NCBI GenBank assembly: GCA_964639285.1
Contig: CAZXCI010000004.1
Location: 5,252-69,251, forward strand
Source: an uncultured Candidatus Saccharibacteria bacterium
GTDB lineage: Bacteria > Patescibacteriota > Minisyncoccia > Phycocordibacterales > XYD1-FULL-46-19
DNA length: 64,000 nucleotides
Direction of reading: 5' to 3'
Shown here in pieces: positions 18,592 to 26,811 of the stretch. The notes under the pieces are model-generated. The model was not told the DNA's origin, made no database searches, and was given only the letters and a program-made list of their open reading frames with translations. Made by a program: the position numbers and the translations under genes. The first letter of the stretch is position 1, and each line of letters starts with the position of its first letter.

Positions 18592-19806
18592 CTAGTTCAT
18601 TTTGCCACCGAAGTAATAGGTCACTCCGGCCGACACAATCCCCACATCAACTACGTTACGACCTGGCGCCAATATCCCGCAATCTGGTTCAGTCTCTCGA
18701 CTGATTTGACCGTAGAGCAGAGCGAGATCAATCCCCAAGTTGCCTTGGTGATTCTTCCAGCCAACGCCGACTGAACCGCAGTACCCCATACCATCAGGAA
18801 TGATCGGGACGGTCTTCGCTTTGGGCACTGATGGCCAGAGACCAGCCAGACCAAAACGCAGTTTCCAGTTCTCATTGATCGTCCTCTCAACACCAAGATG
18901 AAGGCTAGTATTGTTGCTCCAGTTCATCGTTTGCGTGATAGTGATCCAGTCAAAGTCAAACTTGATCTTGTCTAGCCCAGAGTAGTCATAGTGGTTGAAG
19001 TCGAGAGCAATGAGCCACTTGTCGGCTGGCTTGATAGCGACACCCAGACCCAGACGACCTGGAAAACCAATTGAGGTTTTTCCACGAAGTTCGCCCAGAC
19101 CTAAGCCAAGAACAGAGACATCGCTCTGGCAATCCATCTCCACCTTGCGTTTTGAGGCATAGCTGACGCCAAAGGCGAGCCAGTCATACGGTTCATAACG
19201 AAGGCCTAAGCGATACCCTAAACCCCAACCATCAGCTTTGTTTCTGAGAAAGACACCATCGATCGGAAAACCAAGTTGATCGAAGACGGCATTCTCAATC
19301 ATCTGACCGTAAACGACATCGAGGCCGATTCCGACAGACAGTTCGTCGCTAATCTGCCAGGCAATGGTTGGTGTGAAGTTAATCGAAGCGAGCAGGCTCT
19401 TTTGATACTTCAAGCCTTGGTACTCGACTCCGAGACCATCACTTGGGTACAGAGACAGACCCAGCGTCAGTTTGTCATCTAACTGATGAGTTAACGCAAA
19501 CATCGGCATCGGGAACAGTCCTAGCTCCGACTCGTGTTCAGTGTTGCTCCCAGATTCTCGAAAGTGAGCCTTGGTCACAATCGTGTCCAAGTCAAACTCC
19601 AAGAAGTCAGGAGCTTGGCTGATGTTGGCGACGTTGTGGTAAAAGGCGGCACCGTCACCAGAAACCGCGTTATGAGCACCACCCATACCGAGAGCCCGAG
19701 GACTCAGACTACCACCAGGACGGATGTTGCCACCCGCCCAAACGTTGTTAGACATAACCATGACCGACAGGGCCACGATTATGGCCAGTTTCCACCATTT
19801 TTTCAT
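18592..19806 (-). CDS. OmpP1/FadL/TodX-family outer-membrane beta-barrel transporter
   Basis: Signal peptide; RALGMGGA...AAFYHNVA hatch motif; amphipathic beta-strands; C-terminal AGVTYYF. Confidence 0.85.
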   Translation of the reverse strand: MKKWWKLAIIVALSVMVMSNNVWAGGNIRPGGSLSPRALGMGGAHNAVSGDGAAFYHNVANISQAPDFLEFDLDTIVTKAHFRESGSNTEHESELGLFPMPMFALTHQLDDKLTLGLSLYPSDGLGVEYQGLKYQKSLLASINFTPTIAWQISDELSVGIGLDVVYGQMIENAVFDQLGFPIDGVFLRNKADGWGLGYRLGLRYEPYDWLAFGVSYASKRKVEMDCQSDVSVLGLGLGELRGKTSIGFPGRLGLGVAIKPADKWLIALDFNHYDYSGLDKIKFDFDWITITQTMNWSNNTSLHLGVERTINENWKLRFGLAGLWPSVPKAKTVPIIPDGMGYCGSVGVGWKNHQGNLGIDLALLYGQISRETEPDCGILAPGRNVVDVGIVSAGVTYYFGGKMN

Positions 19807-19867
19807 GGCCGTTCTCCTTCTGCTAAGTTAATGTGAGTTTGTTGACAAAGGTTAGTATTCCTTTATC

Positions 19868-19896
19868 AGGATACCATTGATTGAGAGAATAGTCAA
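19868..19896 (-). promoter_or_regulatory. Sigma70-type promoter of the fadL-like gene
   Basis: TTGACT-N17-TATCCT with extended TG; same -10 as the peptide-operon promoter. Confidence 0.55.
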
Positions 19897-19947
19897 ATTT
19901 TGTTTTTTTATAAAAAATTGAGAGGGTTGGATAGGGTCAGAAACATC

Positions 19948-19998
19948 AAAAAGTGTCACTTTTGTCACTTTTTGCTAGAATGGGGGTGCTCGAGTTGC
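19948..19998. repeat. 35-bp direct repeat, copy 2, contiguous with GGTGCTCGAGTTGC
   Basis: Identical to 8015-8049; the 14-mer at 19985-19998 is identical to 8601-8614. Confidence 0.95.
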
Positions 19999-20110
19999 GT
20001 CGAGGTTGATTACAAAAATTAGCTTTGAAAAAAGTTCGAATTTCATCCAATAAACACAGCAAGAGTCAGCGCGTTATCGGCGCGACCAGAGAGCGTTATT
20101 TTTAGAATTT

Positions 20111-20695
20111 ATGAATAAGGAAGACACCATTCTTGTTCAGGAAGCCAAAGCTGATACAAGGCAATATGAGGCCTTGTATAAAAAATACGCAGACAAAGTG
20201 TTTAACTACTTCTGGTACCGTACTGGCCACGATAGAGATCTCTCAGAAGACTTGATGCAAGAGACATTTTTACGTGCTTTTCAAAATCTTTCTAAATTTA
20301 AAATCAGAGGGTATTCGTATCTCACTTATCTTCTCACCATTGCTCGCCATCTCCTCATTGATCATTATCGAAAACCAAACTCTCTTCCGATTGAAGATGC
20401 AGAAAATATTCCATATGAAATTACTGAGGATATTGATAGAAAATCTGATGCTGAAGCACTTTGGCATGCCATTCAAGACTTGCCATCTTCTAACAGGGAT
20501 GTTTTGCTCATGCGTTATCAGGACGAAAAATCAATCAAAGATATAGCAACAATTACTGAGTCAACAGAAAATGCTGTAAAACTCAACCTTTCTCGCACTC
20601 GTAAAAAACTAGCAGCCCACCCCCACCTCAAGGATATGGTTGGATTTGGTCAGAAGAAACGAACGTATACAAAACCACGATTTTTAAATAAATGA
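20111..20695 (+). CDS. ECF RNA polymerase sigma factor
   Basis: SEDLMQETFLRAF, YLLTIARHLLIDHYRK (region 2); SIKDIA...NAVKLNLSRTR (region 4). Confidence 0.92.
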   Translation: MNKEDTILVQEAKADTRQYEALYKKYADKVFNYFWYRTGHDRDLSEDLMQETFLRAFQNLSKFKIRGYSYLTYLLTIARHLLIDHYRKPNSLPIEDAENIPYEITEDIDRKSDAEALWHAIQDLPSSNRDVLLMRYQDEKSIKDIATITESTENAVKLNLSRTRKKLAAHPHLKDMVGFGQKKRTYTKPRFLNK

Positions 20696-20718
20696 CACCT
20701 TTTTGATGTCCTTTCGTT
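20693..20718 (+). promoter_or_regulatory. Putative ECF promoter 1
   Basis: TGACACCTTTTT-N10-CGTT; ATG 10 nt downstream. Confidence 0.6.
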
Positions 20719-20727
20719 TATTAAAAC

Positions 20728-21069
20728 ATGAAAGACCGTCAAATTATCTACATAATCGGGGCTCTTTTGGTGGCAAGCCTCACTGCAAACATATACTTCT
20801 GGAATAAACCAAAAGAGTTTTCTGTTTCAGGATTAAATAAAGTTGCCACAACTTCTGAGGAGGTTTCTATTGACTCGCCCTACGGATTTCGAAGCGAGGC
20901 TGTAACTGTGTATGAGAATGGGAAAGCTAAGACGTATTCCACTACAACTCCTATTACAGAAAAAGATTTGGAGCAAATGCGAAAACAGACCGAAGCCCGG
21001 TTTAAGGCTATGGATGATTATTTCCGCGAACAAGAGAAATTCTTTAGGTCATTCTGGTACAGCTTCTGA
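20728..21069 (+). CDS. Small membrane-anchored protein downstream of the ECF sigma
   Basis: N-terminal TM helix, 113 aa. Confidence 0.7.
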   Translation: MKDRQIIYIIGALLVASLTANIYFWNKPKEFSVSGLNKVATTSEEVSIDSPYGFRSEAVTVYENGKAKTYSTTTPITEKDLEQMRKQTEARFKAMDDYFREQEKFFRSFWYSF

Positions 21070-21095
21070 TGACACCTTTTTCGGCAAGATACGTT
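21070..21095 (+). promoter_or_regulatory. Putative ECF promoter 2
   Basis: TGACACCTTTTT-N10-CGTT, same spacing as promoter 1. Confidence 0.6.
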
Positions 21096-21104
21096 AAATA
21101 GAGT

Positions 21105-21385
21105 GTAGACGGAGTGGTCGACCGTCGCTAAGCAGAAAATAATGCATGACTTTAGTGAAGCAAGTAATGAGAGGTGCTTGGCTAAAGAAATTCATTCGTT
21201 CGATTTCTGATGCCACTTAGCATCTCAAATACAATTGAATAGTGTTTAGATAAACTCGCAAAAGCGAGAATAAGAGAATTAAGATTCTCTAAAGCTAAGG
21301 GGAAACCTTGTAGGTATCTTTAGTTTGCGTGTAATGAAGTTCCAATTCCTTGTGTAAGGTCGAATGCAAGGGGACATTACTAGAA
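21105..21385 (+). ncRNA. Long structured leader or ncRNA upstream of Hsp20
   Basis: Many stem-loops (GACGG/CCGTC, CTTTAGTGAAGCA/TGCTTGGCTAAAG, CTCGC/GCGAG, AGAGAAT/ATTCTCT, GTAATG/CATTAC); no ORF in the track. Confidence 0.5.
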
Positions 21386-21402
21386 GTTAATCGCAAAGAA
21401 GT

Positions 21403-21903
21403 ATGAAAACAGAAATCCAAAAGAGAGATAACCAAAACCAAGCTCTATCAAGACGCGATGACTTCGCGAGCCCCTTCTCTCTCATTGATAGATTCTTCGA
21501 CGATTCGTGGGATCCGTTCAGCATCATGACGCCGAGTCTCTTCCGCAGTCGCGGGCTCGGTAATGTCTCCACGATGTTCCCACGGGTTGATGTTGAAGAA
21601 ACGGATAACGAGATCAAGGTCACGGCAAATGTACCGGGTATTGATCCAAAAGACATCAATGTAGAGGTTGGGGACGACTACATCTCTCTTTCCGGCAAGA
21701 TTGAGAAAGAAGATAAAGAAGAGAAAAAGGGTAAAGTGTATCGCTATGAGCGTGAGTACGGCGAATTCAGGCGAGAGTTTGCTCTCCCTGCTAGGGTAAA
21801 GAAGGACAACATTGTGGCGAAATCAAAAAATGGTGTCCTCACGATCACACTCCCGAAGTCGGAGGAAGAGATAAAGAAACGCGTCAAGATAGATGTTGAG
21901 TAA
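21403..21903 (+). CDS. Hsp20/alpha-crystallin small heat-shock protein
   Basis: PRVDVEET...ANVPG...EREYGEFRREFALP...NGVLTITLPK. Confidence 0.95.
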   Translation: MKTEIQKRDNQNQALSRRDDFASPFSLIDRFFDDSWDPFSIMTPSLFRSRGLGNVSTMFPRVDVEETDNEIKVTANVPGIDPKDINVEVGDDYISLSGKIEKEDKEEKKGKVYRYEREYGEFRREFALPARVKKDNIVAKSKNGVLTITLPKSEEEIKKRVKIDVE

Positions 21904-21907
21904 ACAT

Positions 21908-21930
21908 AAAACCGCCTCAAAGGCGGTTTT
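21908..21930 (+). terminator. Intrinsic terminator
   Basis: AAAACCGCC-TCAAA-GGCGGTTTT. Confidence 0.75.
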
Positions 21931-22019
21931 ATGTTTGTAATGAAATAATCTTATTTCTTAATATTATTTTGCTTTTAATTGATCCGAGGAATAACCTTTT
22001 CTCTTCAATTGACCCCTGA

Positions 22020-22154
22020 GTCAGAACATACACGACGGTGCAAGCCTGCCTCTGGCTGAAAAGGCACGTTGAGTTCAAACCCGAACACATCCCCGAACTG
22101 GAAGTAGCTCTAAGGGAACGCCTCAAGGAAAAACTTGTCGCCGTTGACGCCTAA
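22020..22154 (+). pseudogene. 3' gene remnant with no good start
   Basis: Open frame VRTYTTVQACLWLKRHVEFKPEHIPELEVALRERLKEKLVAVDA*, GC-richer than its flanks, followed by a terminator hairpin at 22157-22204. Confidence 0.4.
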
Positions 22155-22331
22155 GCCCCGCCCGCAAGGGACAGCAAGCACGCTGTCATTTTGCGAGGCG
22201 GGTTTGTTGTTTTCAATGAGTAAAAGATGGGCTAAAATAAAAGAAGTTGCTTTTTCCTTGCAACATTATGGTTCTAACTTCGTTTAAGAGACCCAGCCCA
22301 ATTTTTTAATTATCAATTAATTTTATATTTT

Positions 22332-22730
22332 ATGTTCATAAAACTTTATGCAATCGCACTTCCCGTATTCTTTGCTATCGACATGGTGTGGCTTGGGCTT
22401 GTTGCTAAAGGCTTCTACTCTAAGCAAATTGGCTCGCTTCTAAAGCCGGATGTGAATTGGCTGGCGGCGATACTTTTCTACCTTCTGTTTATCGTTGGTT
22501 TGGTCGTCTTTGTAATCACTCCAGCTATGGAGAAAGGTTCGTGGATCCACACCCTCTTATTCGGCGCATTGTTTGGTCTGGTTTGTTACGCGACCTATGA
22601 TCTTACCAACCTGGCTCTGGCTAAAGATTGGCCCCTTCTTGTGACGATTGTTGATTTGATTTGGGGTGCAGTGCTTGCGGCTTCGGTCTCTACCTTAACC
22701 TATCTTATCGCTAGTAAAATTGGCTTATAA
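22332..22730 (+). CDS. DUF2177 family membrane protein
   Basis: IDMVWLG...GALFGLVCYATYDLTNLA...DW...DLIWG. Confidence 0.9.
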   Translation: MFIKLYAIALPVFFAIDMVWLGLVAKGFYSKQIGSLLKPDVNWLAAILFYLLFIVGLVVFVITPAMEKGSWIHTLLFGALFGLVCYATYDLTNLALAKDWPLLVTIVDLIWGAVLAASVSTLTYLIASKIGL

Positions 22731-22739
22731 GAATAAAAT

Positions 22740-23084
22740 ATGCGCGTTTGGGACATACATCCAAAACATTTGTGTCGGAAACATTTGCTCGCTGAGCATC
22801 GTGAACTCCACGGACTTTGGAATATTTTGACTAAGCATAAGGGTAAAGGAGGGTACTCACGTCATCCAGAGACTCTACGCTGGGCTGGTAAACAAAAGGC
22901 GCTTTACTTACGTCACGAAGCCTTAGTTAAAGAATTTTTAAATAGGGGATACCGCCATCACACTCCCCTTGAGAAAAGGCTTGCTACCGGTTTGGGCAGT
23001 CAAAGAGTATTTATAAATACAGTAAGTGAGCAAAAAGTGATTTTGAAACAGAAGCCGTGCGAATGTCTTCTACATATGTCGTAA
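22740..23084 (+). CDS. Pyrimidine-dimer DNA glycosylase / endonuclease V-like protein
   Basis: MRVWDIHP..L...HLLAEHRELH...GYSRHPE...RHEALVKEF..RGY.H.TPL. Confidence 0.8.
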   Translation: MRVWDIHPKHLCRKHLLAEHRELHGLWNILTKHKGKGGYSRHPETLRWAGKQKALYLRHEALVKEFLNRGYRHHTPLEKRLATGLGSQRVFINTVSEQKVILKQKPCECLLHMS

Positions 23085-23142
23085 ATCTTATATATTACTC
23101 ATGTTATTAAATGTGTTGAGAAGACTCTAAGAATAAAAATTT

Positions 23143-23469
23143 ATGCTAAAAGGGACAATCATTGAGAATAGTTTGGGGGACAAGGGGATTCTTGAACGAC
23201 TAAAAATTGAGAGAACTTATAACGATGAAGATTGGATTTTGCACGATGTTTTGGTTGCCGAAGAACAGGTTGCTGATTTAGCCAAGAGTTTGGCCAATGG
23301 CCCTTGGTATATCCATCTCTGGGAGCCAGGCAGAGATGAGGTCCGAATTATTTTCAAAGATAAAACTTTTCTTATTAATCATTCTGACAAGGCGACTTGG
23401 TCAGAGGCCATTGCTTATGGCGAATCTCTCGGGATTCCTAAAGAGCAATTAGATTTTGTGATAAAATGA
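23143..23469 (+). CDS. Conserved hypothetical protein
   Basis: GTIIENSL...WY.H...AIAYGESLGIPKEQLDF. Confidence 0.7.
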   Translation: MLKGTIIENSLGDKGILERLKIERTYNDEDWILHDVLVAEEQVADLAKSLANGPWYIHLWEPGRDEVRIIFKDKTFLINHSDKATWSEAIAYGESLGIPKEQLDFVIK

Positions 23470-23604
23470 TAAAGTATTAGGGAGTAGGAGGTCGGTCCTT
23501 CTTTAGGGGGTTGGATGTGTTGTAATTTTGTCATTATTATTAATGAATCTGGGTGCGTCTAATTTCTTGCTATTTGACCAAAAAGAGCATATAATTTGTA
23601 ATAT

Positions 23605-24129
23605 ATGAAAAACTTTAATCAGGGCAGGGGCCAGTTCGGGGGTAATCGTGGTGGCGGTTCGAGATTTGGTGGTGGTGACCGACGCTCTGGTGGTGATCGT
23701 GGCTCTGTGACCATGCACGACGCTATTTGTAGTAAGTGTGGTAAAGATTGCGAAGTTCCTTTTCGCCCAACTGGTGATAAACCCATTTATTGCAATGACT
23801 GCTTCAGTGAGAATCGTGATCGTGGTGGCGATCGGGGCCGTTCTTCGAGAAGGGATTTTGGTTCTCGTCTTCCGATGAGACCAAGTTTTGGTGACAGTCG
23901 TGGCGGGGGATCAAGCGATGAGGTTAAGAAACAACTAGAATTTCTAGGTCTTAAGATTGACCGTTTGACCAAGGTGATAGAAAGTTTTGCTTCGGCTCAT
24001 GTCCACGCGACGCCCGAGAAATCTGCTCAAGTGAAGAAGGCCATTAAGGAGGCAACCAAAGAAGTGGTGGAGAAGGTTGCCAAGAAGAAAGTTGTTAAGA
24101 AAAAAGTTGCTAAGAAATCTAAGGCTTAA
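23605..24129 (+). CDS. CxxC-x17-CxxC domain protein
   Basis: MHDAICSKCGKDCEVPFRPTGDKPIYCNDCF with RGG-rich flanks and a Lys-rich tail. Confidence 0.9.
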   Translation: MKNFNQGRGQFGGNRGGGSRFGGGDRRSGGDRGSVTMHDAICSKCGKDCEVPFRPTGDKPIYCNDCFSENRDRGGDRGRSSRRDFGSRLPMRPSFGDSRGGGSSDEVKKQLEFLGLKIDRLTKVIESFASAHVHATPEKSAQVKKAIKEATKEVVEKVAKKKVVKKKVAKKSKA

Positions 24130-24145
24130 TTAGCTAAAAATTAAA

Positions 24146-25273
24146 ATGCGACAAAAGCTTCGCCGGGTCAGTAAAACAAAAATTGTTGGGGGGATGGCGA
24201 TTCTTTTGGTTTTGGCTGTTGGTTATATTTATTTGGGCGAATTGTTTCCCGAACAATATACGCAAGCTGGACTTGTCGCTGTAGGTTTGGCTAACAGCAC
24301 AACGACGATTCCGGTTTATGCGGCCCCTGTCTTTGACTTCGTCGATTATGACCGGAGGATGAATCTTTTGGCTAATTATCCAATTACTCCTCTGGCCTCT
24401 AGCTCGGAGGGAATTTCGACGACAGACGCTACCTCTACTCCTGTTGAGAAGAATCCATGGCCGACTAAAGCTCCTTATCCTAGGGTTGGGGCAATCTTAC
24501 CGTTCAAACGGGTTGTTGCTTATTATGGCAATCTCTATTCTAAGGGTATGGGGATTCTTGGCGAGTATCCTCCCGAAGAGGTTCTCCGTCGGCTTGATGT
24601 GGAGGTGGAGAGGTGGGAGCTTGCTGACCCTGAGACGCCTGTTCAGCCGGCTTTACACTATATTGTGGCGACGGCTCAAGAGAGCAAGGGGGTTGACGGC
24701 AAATATCGCTTTCGTATGCCAGCAACAGAGATCGACAAAGTTCTGGCCATGGCTAAGAAGAGAGACGCCCTTGTCTTCTTGGATATTCAAGTTGGGTTGA
24801 GTAATTTGCAATCAGAGATTCCCGTTTTGGAAGAGTATCTTAAGTTGCCCAACGTTCACTTGGGAGTTGACCCTGAATTTTCGATGAAGGCTGGTGATCG
24901 GCCGGGGACAGTGATCGGCACCTTTGATGCGGTGGATATTAATTATGCGACAGATTATTTGGCTAATTTAGTTAAAGAAAATAACTTGCCACCCAAAATT
25001 TTGATAATTCATCGCTTCACTCGTCCAATGCTTACCAATTATCGATCGATCAAACTTTTACCCGAAGTTCAGGTTGTTGTCGACATGGACGGTTGGGGTG
25101 CGCCGGCCAAGAAAATCGACACCTATCAAGGTTTCGTTGCCGGGGAGCCGGTGCAGTTTACTGGTTTCAAATTGTTTTACAAAAATGATCTTAAGCAAAC
25201 ACCAAATCGTCTCATGACTCCAGCCGAATTGCTTGAACTTCAGCCTCGTCCGATCTATATTCAGTATCAATAG
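24146..25273 (+). CDS. Secreted/membrane-anchored hypothetical protein
   Basis: N-terminal TM; RVVAYYG...MGILGE, LGVDPEF, DMDGWG, GFKLFY motifs. Confidence 0.75.
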   Translation: MRQKLRRVSKTKIVGGMAILLVLAVGYIYLGELFPEQYTQAGLVAVGLANSTTTIPVYAAPVFDFVDYDRRMNLLANYPITPLASSSEGISTTDATSTPVEKNPWPTKAPYPRVGAILPFKRVVAYYGNLYSKGMGILGEYPPEEVLRRLDVEVERWELADPETPVQPALHYIVATAQESKGVDGKYRFRMPATEIDKVLAMAKKRDALVFLDIQVGLSNLQSEIPVLEEYLKLPNVHLGVDPEFSMKAGDRPGTVIGTFDAVDINYATDYLANLVKENNLPPKILIIHRFTRPMLTNYRSIKLLPEVQVVVDMDGWGAPAKKIDTYQGFVAGEPVQFTGFKLFYKNDLKQTPNRLMTPAELLELQPRPIYIQYQ

Positions 25274-25312
25274 GAAAAAGGAATTCTTTTTAATTCGTGG
25301 TAAAATAACTAC

Positions 25313-26212
25313 ATGACAAGAATTACCATTATCGGGGCTGGGGAGCTAGGCCAAGCCTTAGGAAAGATCTTGACACGAGAGGATCGCCATCTTGTCTATT
25401 GGGATTGTGATGAGTCCAAACTAATTAACCTCAATCAAAACAGTATTTCTCTACCTGAGGCTCTGGACGAGCCTGAGTTTATTTTTCTTTGCATCCCATC
25501 TTGGCGGGTTAAAGAATTTCTTGCTTTTGCTCGACCTTATTGGCCGAGGCAAGCGATTATCGTTTTCTTGTCTAAAGGGCTCGATAGCCAGACGGGCAAA
25601 TTGTCTTTTGAGATTGGTAGTAAGTTATTACCGCTTGGAGTTGTTTGGGTCGTGGTGAGTGGGGCGATGATCGCCGAAGAGATTTGGGCTGGTCGAGCAG
25701 GGGCTTGCCTCGTGTCTGCCAAGACCGGGGTGGCGGCAGAAAAAGTGATAAATCTTTTCCACGGGACAAATATCCTTGCTCTATACTCAGCTGACTATAA
25801 GGGGGTTGTCTGGTCTGGTGTCTTAAAAAATATTTATGCACTTGGCCTTGGTATTGCCGAAGGAGCGGATTGGACTATGAATGAGCGAGGGATTCTCTTT
25901 GCCCAATCGACGGAAGAGATTCTCCGTTTGATTAAAATTCTTGGAGGCAAGAGAGAGACCTTCCTTGCCTCACCGACCTTAGCCGATTTTGTCTCCACCA
26001 GTTTTGACAAACATTCTCTTAATCACCAAGCTGGAGTTGAGATTGGCCGAACCGGTCAGACTGATAAGGAGAGCGAGGGCTTAATGTCTCTGGCTCCACT
26101 TCTTGATCGCTTGGGTCGCAAGGCTGAAGCTTTTCCACTTCTTAATAACTTGGCCAAAATAATTATCGGCCACGAAGCTCCTCAAAAAAGTTTTTGGGAA
26201 GTGGTTAAGTAA
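25313..26212 (+). CDS. gpsA: NAD(P)H-dependent glycerol-3-phosphate dehydrogenase-like protein
   Basis: IIGAGELG, SKGL and GVLKNIYA motifs; divergent C-terminal site. Confidence 0.7.
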   Translation: MTRITIIGAGELGQALGKILTREDRHLVYWDCDESKLINLNQNSISLPEALDEPEFIFLCIPSWRVKEFLAFARPYWPRQAIIVFLSKGLDSQTGKLSFEIGSKLLPLGVVWVVVSGAMIAEEIWAGRAGACLVSAKTGVAAEKVINLFHGTNILALYSADYKGVVWSGVLKNIYALGLGIAEGADWTMNERGILFAQSTEEILRLIKILGGKRETFLASPTLADFVSTSFDKHSLNHQAGVEIGRTGQTDKESEGLMSLAPLLDRLGRKAEAFPLLNNLAKIIIGHEAPQKSFWEVVK

Positions 26213-26657
26213 ACAAACTCTCCACCACCTCTTTGATCAGGTTGCCATCGGCAGAACCTTTGGTTTCGCGCGAGATAGCGCCGATAAGTATCCCCATTTT
26301 AGTTTTGTCGAAAACACCGAGCTCCGCTTTTTTGGTTTCAGCAATTTTCATAATATCTTCACGAGACATCTGAGCGGGAAGAAAACTCTCGACGATAGCC
26401 AGTTCACGCTTCTCGGCCTCGGCTTTTTCTGGTCGATTGCCGATAGTGAATTGTTCAATTGATTCTTTTCTTTGTTTGGCGAGACGCTTAAGAACAGTAA
26501 TGGCCCCATCATCATCAATGAGTTCATCGGGTTTCTTGCCCTTAGTCATGACTTCATTGGTGAAGGCGGTCACAATATTGCGGAGGGCACTTAAGCGTTC
26601 AGTTTCTTTAGCTAGCATCGCTTTTTTAATTTCATCTCTGATTTGTTGGTGTAACAT
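26205..26657 (-). CDS. GatB/YqeY domain protein
   Basis: KAMLAK...KQRKESIEQF...E..IVESFLP.QM...MG. Confidence 0.9.
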   Translation of the reverse strand: MLHQQIRDEIKKAMLAKETERLSALRNIVTAFTNEVMTKGKKPDELIDDDGAITVLKRLAKQRKESIEQFTIGNRPEKAEAEKRELAIVESFLPAQMSREDIMKIAETKKAELGVFDKTKMGILIGAISRETKGSADGNLIKEVVESLFT

Positions 26658-26811
26658 TTTATTATTTAGAATTAAATTTTAGTAATTAATAAGATAATAA
26701 CATTTTTTATCGTTTTTAAAAGTAGATCTCACTTGACTAGAAAAGATTTGTAGGCCGATCCACCTTTAAATTGCAGGCCTAAAGGCAGAAAAGTCAAAAA
26801 GTGTTATACTT

